This document shows, one piece after another, positions 47,387 to 54,041 of a stretch of 64,000 nucleotides of DNA (positions are counted from its first letter, which is position 1; each line of letters opens with the position of its first letter). Under the pieces are notes generated by a model. It searched no databases. It was not told where the DNA came from and saw nothing but the letters and a program-made list of their open reading frames with translations. The position numbers and the translations under genes were made by a program. Location of the stretch: contig JARGFP010000011.1 of assembly GCA_029210585.1 (NCBI GenBank), positions 25,814-89,813 of the forward strand, in the 5' to 3' direction. The stretch comes from Bacteroidales bacterium (GTDB lineage: Bacteria > Bacteroidota > Bacteroidia > Bacteroidales > GCA-2748055).

Positions 47387-47394
47387 CAAAGATA
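47387..47394 (-). promoter_or_regulatory. Candidate -7 box TATCTTTG for tatA and the downstream operon
   Basis: The reverse complement of caaagata fits TAnnTTTG. It lies immediately upstream of the tatA ORF. Confidence 0.4.
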
Positions 47395-47640
47395 AGAAGG
47401 TTTGCAGATATTAGATACAACCTGTACAAAAAAGGTCACCGGAAACCACCGACACTGCCACAGCTTCATTGCAGGTAAGGTAGCTGCGTAAGATTGTTTA
47501 CCAGTAACTGATCGTCGTAAAAAAGGTTGAAAAAATGGTGACCCGGTGTTCCATGGACAATGCGTGTAGCAAAATGTGATGCAATTGCCCTGCACCTGCT
47601 AATTGGTCTGCAGGGAAAGCCGGTAGTTGAGCCACTTAGA

Positions 47641-47722
47641 ATTGAATATCCGAAAAGGCTCTCTCAGGGGGGCACGAATAAAAAGAGGCTGTCCCGATCA
47701 TTTGAGACAGCCTCTTTTATAT
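47641..47722 (-). repeat. 82-nt intergenic repeat, copy B (inverted relative to copy A at 10489-10569)
   Basis: See copy A. Starts 18 nt after the secDF stop, in the secDF orientation. Confidence 0.8.
47680..47718. terminator. Intrinsic-terminator-like hairpin after secDF
   Basis: AAAAAGAGGCTGTC and GACAGCCTCTTTT arms with a 12-nt loop. The stem sequence is identical to the hairpin at 10493-10530. Confidence 0.7.
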
Positions 47723-47740
47723 GTGGATATGGATGGTCGG

Positions 47741-50700
47741 TCAGGCTTTCCTGGTGCCTTTCAGCACGCGCTGGGTTTCGCCCTTCCTGATCGTATCATA
47801 CACCACCGGAGTAGCGATGAAAAGCGATGAGTAGGTACCCACCACGACGCCGATCAGCAATGCAAAGATAAACCCGCGGATAACATCACCACCGAAGATA
47901 AAGATGGTAAGCAGTACCACGAAAGTACTCAACGATGTACTGAAGGTACGACTCAGTGTGTTGTTAAGCGCAGTGTTGAAAATCTCCTTCCGCTCACGTT
48001 TACGCTGCAGTCCGACGTACTCCCTGATCCGGTCAAATACAACCACCGTATCGTTGATGGAGTAACCCACCACAGTAAGGATCGCCGCAATGAACGCCTG
48101 GTCAATTTCCAGGGAAAAAGGCATAATTCCGCTCAGTAGCGAGAAAAGCCCCATCACGATCGCCACATCATGTACAAGGGCAACAAGCGCACCCAGGCCG
48201 AACTGCCAGTTCCGGAACCTGATCAGGATATAGAGGAAGATGATCGCCAGGGAAGCCAGCACCACCCATACCGAACTGCGCTTGATATCATCGGCAATGG
48301 TGGGTCCGACCTTGTGCGAACTCACAATATATTCCTGCTCATTGACGAATTCCTCCATGGTCACCTCGTTCCCCAGTACAGGCTGCAGGCCGGTATACAT
48401 GAGGGCCTTAATCAGGGAATCCACAGATGGTCCGTCGTCGTCGATCATATACTTGGTGGTAACACGTACAGCGTTTTTCTGACCAAAAGTGATCACCGTT
48501 GGCATCTCTCCAAAGGATTCCTCAAGCATGTTACGCACCTCGGCTACTTCCACTTCTTCCTTGAATTCGATCACATAGTTACGACCGCCGGTGAAATCCA
48601 CACCACCGTTCAGTCCTTTGGTTGCCAGGGAGAATATTCCTCCCGCAATGATAATACCGGAAATAACATAAAATATCTTCCTTTTGGACAGGAAGTCAAT
48701 GTTCAGGTTCTTAAATGCATTTTCCGTAAGCCTGGTGGAAAACGTAAGGGTTCGTCCCTTGTCCAGCCAGCGCTCGTATACAAGTCTTGTAAGAATTACC
48801 GCGGAAAACAGCGATGTAAGAATACCTATCACCAATGTAGTGGCAAAACCCTTGATCGGTCCTGTTCCGAAGAAGAAAAGGATCAGGGCCGTCAGGAACG
48901 TGGTCACGTTGGCATCAATGATCGCAGAATAGGCATTCCTGTAACCATCCTTCAGGGCCGCTTTCTTGCCCTTTCCGGCGGCAAGTTCCTCCCGGATCCT
49001 TTCATAGATCAGTACATTGGCATCCACCGACATACCGATCGTAAGTACAATACCGGCAATACCGGGCAAGGTCAGTGCCGCCTGGAGGGATGCAAGCACC
49101 CCGATCAGGAAGAACATGTTGGCCATCAGCGCGATATCCGCAACAAGTCCCGCTGTCCGACTGTAGTAGAACACCATGTAAAGCAGTACGACGATAAAAG
49201 CAATAATGAAAGAATTGAAACCGTCCTTCACCGATTGTGCTCCAAGTGACGGACCAATCACCTCGCTGGAGATCACCCTGGCGCGTGCGGGCATCTTCCC
49301 CGACTTCAGGATGTTGGAAAGGTCGGTGGCCTCATTCTGCGTGAAATTTCCGGAGATGGATGAACTTCCTCCCTTGATCTCTTCATTTACATTCGGTGCT
49401 GAATAAACCACACCGTCAAGTACAATGGCAATGGCCTTGTTCACGTTTTCCCTGGTGAGGTTCGCCCAGCGCTTGGCACCTTCTGAATTCATAGACATGG
49501 ATACCTGGAACTCACCGGTATAGGGATCTGTATTCGGACGTGCATCGGTCACATACTTGCCATCCATGGCCGGCTGACCATTCCTGGTCGCTTTCAGCGC
49601 ATAAAGATAGAGGAACTCTGTCGTTTCACCCTGCGCCTGGTAATGCCAGGCAAACCTCAGATCGGCAGGAAACAACTGTTTCACCCTGGGGATATTCAAA
49701 AAAGCATTCACCTTTGCCGTATCCCTCAGTTCGACCACACCGGCAATCGCAGAAGGGATCAGCTGACCGGTGTTGTCCATATAGGGGCGCATCACCGCAA
49801 ACAGCGGATTTTCCTTCATGAAGACAGCCTCCTCTTCCTGGAACAGATCTTCGGAATCAGCTTCCCCCAGGATACCCAGGTCCGAAGTGTCGGAAAACAA
49901 GCTTTCCCCATCAAGGAGCATATCATCATCTCCCGCGGCAGGCGCTTCTTCTGTAATTTCTTCCTGAACAGTATCTTCAACGGCTTCGCCTTCCAGTATT
50001 TCCGATGCATTCTGCATGTCAGCAATAACCTGGTTGGCTTCTTCAATGCTGTTCCAGATCTCCACATTCTGATAGGTGGTCCAGAACTCCAGGTTGGCAG
50101 TCCCGGTCAGCAGCTTGGTCACACGTTCGGGTTCACTGACACCGGGAAGTGCCACCAGGATCCTGCCCTGCCGTTCCAGCCGCTGGATATTCATCTGTAC
50201 CACGCCAAACCGGTCGATCCTGTTGCGGAGTACATTATAGGAGTTGTCGATTGCATCCTCAGCTTCCTGCTTCAGGAAGGTGACCACATCGTCGTTGGAG
50301 GTATTGAAGTCGATATCTCCCCTGGATTCAGGGGTCATAAAGAACTGCGCCAGCTGACCGCCGGGATTTTGCTCTTCAAAGGCTTCGGCAAAAAGATCGA
50401 TCAGGTCGGCCGTCGAATTCGCCTTCATGGCCTTGGCCGCATCCATGGTCTGTGTGAAGGTGGGATCCGTAAGATACTGCGGGGCAGCAAGTGAACGGAT
50501 GATATCTTCTACGGCGATTTCCAGAATGACGTTCATTCCGCCTTTCAGGTCGAGACCCAGGTTGATCTCACGCTCCTTACAATCCTGGTATGTATACTTT
50601 TGCAGCCAGAAGAAATTATACACTTCCTCGTTCTTCATGGAATCCAGGTATGTTCTTTCCTTCTGAAAATCTCCCTGTGCATATTCCCGGGCATCGCGCT

Positions 50701-50794
50701 CAACCTTATTGGCGAAATAAGTAAATGTTAACTGATAAAGACAAATTGCGGCAAAAATGATGGCTAACAATCTGACAGCACCTTTATTCTGCAT
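47741..50794 (-). CDS. secDF: Protein translocase subunit SecDF (fused SecD-SecF)
   Basis: 1017 aa. N-terminal TM, a large periplasmic domain, and two 6-TM blocks with GLDLKGG, GPSLG, IAGIVLTIGMSVDANVLIYERIREE and VHDVAIVMGLFS...AILTVVGYSINDTVVVFDRIRE. Confidence 0.95.
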   Translation of the reverse strand: MQNKGAVRLLAIIFAAICLYQLTFTYFANKVERDAREYAQGDFQKERTYLDSMKNEEVYNFFWLQKYTYQDCKEREINLGLDLKGGMNVILEIAVEDIIRSLAAPQYLTDPTFTQTMDAAKAMKANSTADLIDLFAEAFEEQNPGGQLAQFFMTPESRGDIDFNTSNDDVVTFLKQEAEDAIDNSYNVLRNRIDRFGVVQMNIQRLERQGRILVALPGVSEPERVTKLLTGTANLEFWTTYQNVEIWNSIEEANQVIADMQNASEILEGEAVEDTVQEEITEEAPAAGDDDMLLDGESLFSDTSDLGILGEADSEDLFQEEEAVFMKENPLFAVMRPYMDNTGQLIPSAIAGVVELRDTAKVNAFLNIPRVKQLFPADLRFAWHYQAQGETTEFLYLYALKATRNGQPAMDGKYVTDARPNTDPYTGEFQVSMSMNSEGAKRWANLTRENVNKAIAIVLDGVVYSAPNVNEEIKGGSSSISGNFTQNEATDLSNILKSGKMPARARVISSEVIGPSLGAQSVKDGFNSFIIAFIVVLLYMVFYYSRTAGLVADIALMANMFFLIGVLASLQAALTLPGIAGIVLTIGMSVDANVLIYERIREELAAGKGKKAALKDGYRNAYSAIIDANVTTFLTALILFFFGTGPIKGFATTLVIGILTSLFSAVILTRLVYERWLDKGRTLTFSTRLTENAFKNLNIDFLSKRKIFYVISGIIIAGGIFSLATKGLNGGVDFTGGRNYVIEFKEEVEVAEVRNMLEESFGEMPTVITFGQKNAVRVTTKYMIDDDGPSVDSLIKALMYTGLQPVLGNEVTMEEFVNEQEYIVSSHKVGPTIADDIKRSSVWVVLASLAIIFLYILIRFRNWQFGLGALVALVHDVAIVMGLFSLLSGIMPFSLEIDQAFIAAILTVVGYSINDTVVVFDRIREYVGLQRKRERKEIFNTALNNTLSRTFSTSLSTFVVLLTIFIFGGDVIRGFIFALLIGVVVGTYSSLFIATPVVYDTIRKGETQRVLKGTRKA

Positions 50795-50845
50795 TTTTAA
50801 CTAGTTTATTAATAATGAGTTAATAAGTCCTTCCATTTGGACCCG

Positions 50846-50853
50846 CAAATATA
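50846..50853 (-). promoter_or_regulatory. Candidate -7 box TATATTTG for secDF
   Basis: The reverse complement of caaatata is a perfect TAnnTTTG. It ends 51 nt upstream of the secDF ATG (50794). Confidence 0.4.
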
Positions 50854-50895
50854 ATACTATTTTTTTGAAAGTTGCGGAAAGAATTAAAGCAAATA

Positions 50896-50943
50896 CGCCG
50901 TGTTGCTGCGATCCTGAATTCGGATCGCAATGCAATCACGGCG
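50896..50943. other. Long imperfect hairpin (about 19 bp in three segments) between mdh and secDF
   Basis: CGCCGTG-TTGC-TGCGATCC (50896-50914) pairs with GGATCGCA-at-GCAA-t-CACGGCG (50922-50943). The loop is TGAATTC. Confidence 0.6.
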
Positions 50944-51055
50944 CATGAAAAATTGTTTGTCGTTTGTACTTTATTGACAGACGATTTCGGGTTGACCCTT
51001 CCGGATTAGCCCTCTCGGCCTGATGGACTGGTAAGATGAAGGACCAGGTCCTGGA

Positions 51056-51994
51056 TCAGAAAATCTTCAGGTCGTCCAGGACCTTCATCACCGTTTGTAC
51101 TGATTCGGCAGATGTCTTCAACAACTTCTTTTCCTCGGCATTCAGGCTGATCTCGATGATCTCCTCAACACCATCCTTGCCAAGTTTTACCGGCACCCCG
51201 AGGTAAATATCCTTCAACCCGTATTCTCCCTTCAGCATGGCACATACCGGGAAAATACGCTTCTGGTCATCCACGATCGCCTCCACCATCTGTGCCACGG
51301 CGGCACCAGGAGCATACCAGGCAGAGGTTCCCATCAGGCGCACCAGCTCACCACCTCCTTTGCGGGTGCGTTCAACGATCTTTTCAATCACCGCCGGACC
51401 GAGCAGTTCTGTTACCGGTATCCCGTTGATGGAGGTATACCTGGGTAATGGTACCATGGTGTCCCCGTGCCCTCCCAGCAACATCGCATGGATGTCCTCG
51501 GGGGAAACACTCAGTGCGTCAGCCAGGAAGGCTTTGTAACGCCCCGTATCCAGGATTCCAGCCATACCAAACACCTTGTTCGGAGCCTTGTTGGCTGCCA
51601 GGAATGCAGCGTATGTCATAACGTCCAGCGGGTTGGAGACTACAATAATGATTGCATCCGGGGAGTACTTGATTACCCGCTCGGTTACCTCTTTCACGAT
51701 GCCTGCATTGGTCTTGATCAGGTCGTCCCTGGACATGCCGGGTTTCCTGGGCAGCCCCGATGTGATTACCACAACACCCGATCCCTTGGTTTTCAGGTAG
51801 TCGTTGGTAACACCCGTCACACGCGTGTTAAAGTGAAGGATAGAGGAAGTCTGCCAGATATCCAGTGCTTTTCCTTCCGCAAGGCCTTCCTTGATATCCA
51901 GTAATACAACTTCCCTGGCGAGATCTTTCTGGGCAATGACATTTGCAGTGGTTGCTCCGACATTACCAGCTCCGATAACAGTAATTTTGTTCAT
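51056..51994 (-). CDS. mdh: Malate dehydrogenase (LDH-like family)
   Basis: MNKITVIGAGNVGATTA Rossmann start, ITSGLPRKPGMSRDDL, and GGHGDTMVP. I prefer the ATG at comp. 51992-51994 over the longer track ORF. Confidence 0.95.
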   Translation of the reverse strand: MNKITVIGAGNVGATTANVIAQKDLAREVVLLDIKEGLAEGKALDIWQTSSILHFNTRVTGVTNDYLKTKGSGVVVITSGLPRKPGMSRDDLIKTNAGIVKEVTERVIKYSPDAIIIVVSNPLDVMTYAAFLAANKAPNKVFGMAGILDTGRYKAFLADALSVSPEDIHAMLLGGHGDTMVPLPRYTSINGIPVTELLGPAVIEKIVERTRKGGGELVRLMGTSAWYAPGAAVAQMVEAIVDDQKRIFPVCAMLKGEYGLKDIYLGVPVKLGKDGVEEIIEISLNAEEKKLLKTSAESVQTVMKVLDDLKIF

Positions 51995-52014
51995 CTGTTG
52001 TGTTTTTTTATTGA

Positions 52015-52022
52015 CAAATATA
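52015..52022 (-). promoter_or_regulatory. Candidate -7 box TATATTTG for mdh
   Basis: The reverse complement of caaatata ends 20 nt upstream of the mdh ATG. Confidence 0.4.
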
Positions 52023-52238
52023 ACTAATTTAAATATGTAAATGTATAAATATGTAGCCCTGTCAATCATTAAAAAAAAGATTCCAAAAATTTCCCGGGAG
52101 TTTCATCTACACTGAATTTAACAACCTGTCTGGAGATATGTTCTGTAATTCCGGCCACCTTCCAATTATTGTCCTGTTTTACTTGACAATCAACTGTATT
52201 TATCTTAAATTGTTGCAATCGCGTTAATCCGCACCCCA

Positions 52239-52931
52239 ATGAAGGTGGATCTGTCAAAATACAAAAACGAATGGTACAAGGAAGATTCGGCGAAGAATAT
52301 CTACCCCGGACCTGTGATTACCATTTCGAGGGAGTTGGGTTGCCCTGCAAAAAAGATCGCCTGTACCCTCGCAGATGAGTTGAACAAGAACAAATCACCC
52401 AGGGGAAAAGACCTGCCCTGGCGGTGGATCAGCAAAGAAATCCTGAGTGAATCTGCCAAAGCGATGAATGTCGACTGTGACCAGATTGAGCACATTTTTC
52501 AGTACAAGAACAGAAACGCACTTGAAGACCTGCTCATGGCTCAATCCAAAGATTATTACAAATCAGATCTCAAGATCAGGACCACCATTGCCAAGGTGAT
52601 CCGTACTTTTGCCACCAATGGAAATGCCATCATCGTCGGCCGTGGAGGCGTCGCGATTACCCGCGACATCCCAAAATCACTGCACGTCATGCTCGAGGCC
52701 CCACTGGAATGGCGTGCCGTCAGAACTGCTTCCAAACACGATCTGACCCTTGAGCAGGCGCGTAATTATGCCCAGTCGATCGACAAAAAAAGAAAACAGT
52801 TCAGGGATCATTTCCAGGGCAAGGGAAATGACTACACCCGGTTTGATATCAAATTCAACTGCATGACCCTGGAAACAGATGTGATCGTAAAAATCATTAT
52901 CGGCGCCATCAAAGCCCGGGGCTTCATATAG
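52239..52931 (+). CDS. Cytidylate-kinase-like family protein
   Basis: 230 aa. VITISRELGCPAKKIA, followed further on by AIIVGRGGVAI, resembles the cytidylate-kinase-like (AAA_28-like) family pattern. Confidence 0.55.
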   Translation: MKVDLSKYKNEWYKEDSAKNIYPGPVITISRELGCPAKKIACTLADELNKNKSPRGKDLPWRWISKEILSESAKAMNVDCDQIEHIFQYKNRNALEDLLMAQSKDYYKSDLKIRTTIAKVIRTFATNGNAIIVGRGGVAITRDIPKSLHVMLEAPLEWRAVRTASKHDLTLEQARNYAQSIDKKRKQFRDHFQGKGNDYTRFDIKFNCMTLETDVIVKIIIGAIKARGFI

Positions 52932-53002
52932 CAGGTTTCCTACCATTTGCAGGTCTTCTCCTATTTGCAGGTTTCCTCCCAATCGCAAGTAACCTCCCAT
53001 CA
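52931..53002. repeat. Four tandem degenerate 18-nt direct repeats (consensus GCAGGTTTCCTCCCATTT)
   Basis: Units are gcaggtttcctaccattt, gcaggtcttctcctattt, gcaggtttcctcccaatc and gcaagtaacctcccatca. They are contiguous from the last base of the upstream TAG stop and end 45 nt before the next ATG. Confidence 0.85.
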
Positions 53003-53047
53003 TGATTTCTCAATCCTTTTTCCTGTTTTTAGAAAAATTCAACAAAC

Positions 53048-53950
53048 ATGAGCATTACCCGTCCGGCCCTTTGGTGCGCACTCGTGTTACTCACCGCATG
53101 CAATTCCAGTCCTGAATCCATATCAGAAACTTTTGAAGGCGGGAACACAGCATCGGGGAACAAGGAAATCCGGGAAGTGATCTATTCCATGTACCTGCCC
53201 ACGGACATGGCCGTGATCTTCCAGCGATCAGGTGCAAATTACGACCCGGCCATTCCGGCATCCACCACTGACCATACCCTGTACCAGGACCGGGAACAAA
53301 TCGCTGTCATGCTGGGCATCTACGGAGTTGACAATACCTACATGAAAATGCTTGAACAGAAAGCTCCCGCCGCAGTATATTACTCCACCATAAGGAACCT
53401 GTCCGACAAGATCGGGTTGCCGGGGTCCATCTTCGGGCAAGCATCCGAACGCATCGAAGCCGCTTTTGACGACAATGAACCACTCCCCTCCGCAATCGAA
53501 GAGATTTACCGGGATGCCGATCAGTATTTCAGGATGAACGGAAATGACAACCTCGCAGCACTCGCCCTGTTCGGCGGCTGGGTGGAAGCCATGTATATCG
53601 GGGCAACAATCTATGAAAACAGCGAAGGAAATACCGACCTGGCCGAGAAACTGCTGCAACAGAAATTTTCCCTGAACAGCATGTATACCCTCCTCAGCAA
53701 CTACCAGGAATCATTGTCCGTAAAATCTTACCTGCTGATGCTCAAAAAACTACGTAAATCATACGAAACGGTAGAAATCAGGTTCCGGAAAGAGGGTTTC
53801 AGTGTTGATACCACCCGGAAAAAACTCCACAGTTACAACACCCTGATCCGGTATGATCCACAAACCCTCCGCGAAATCGTTCGCACGATCGGCCTGATTC
53901 GCACAGAACTGATCCGGACAAGTGCGGAAAACCAGGCAGAAACCAGCTGA
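53048..53950 (+). CDS. Putative lipoprotein, function unknown
   Basis: 300 aa with lipobox VLLTAC. Predicted mostly helical. No recognisable motif. Confidence 0.6.
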   Translation: MSITRPALWCALVLLTACNSSPESISETFEGGNTASGNKEIREVIYSMYLPTDMAVIFQRSGANYDPAIPASTTDHTLYQDREQIAVMLGIYGVDNTYMKMLEQKAPAAVYYSTIRNLSDKIGLPGSIFGQASERIEAAFDDNEPLPSAIEEIYRDADQYFRMNGNDNLAALALFGGWVEAMYIGATIYENSEGNTDLAEKLLQQKFSLNSMYTLLSNYQESLSVKSYLLMLKKLRKSYETVEIRFRKEGFSVDTTRKKLHSYNTLIRYDPQTLREIVRTIGLIRTELIRTSAENQAETS

Positions 53951-53965
53951 CCAGAATCGGAATTC

Positions 53966-54001
53966 CCTGACATGAATTTATTTACCCCGACATGAATTAA
54001 T
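53966..54001 (+). repeat. Two 16-nt direct repeats phased 20 nt apart upstream of the GH2-like gene
   Basis: CCCTGACATGAATTTA (53966-53981) and CCCCGACATGAATTAA (53986-54001), 14 of 16 identical. Confidence 0.8.
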
Positions 54002-54041
54002 ATACGATCGCTTTTGAACCTCTGATCCAATACTATAATAC

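Noticed and set aside
47438-47552. The pairs GGTCACC/GGTGACC and CCCTGCA/TGCAGGG in the secDF-tatA spacer, considered as a possible 6S- or SRP-like RNA.
   Set aside because: The complementarities are only 7 bp, which is within chance expectation for a 360-nt region. No SRP domain IV or other known motif is present.
10489-47722. Whether the ~80-bp inverted repeats at 10.5 kb and 47.7 kb are terminal inverted repeats of a 37-kb mobile element or island.
   Set aside because: The enclosed genes are core housekeeping genes (trpS, asnS, rpoN, metK, ribE). I see no integrase, transposase or tRNA target, and both copies behave as gene-end terminators.
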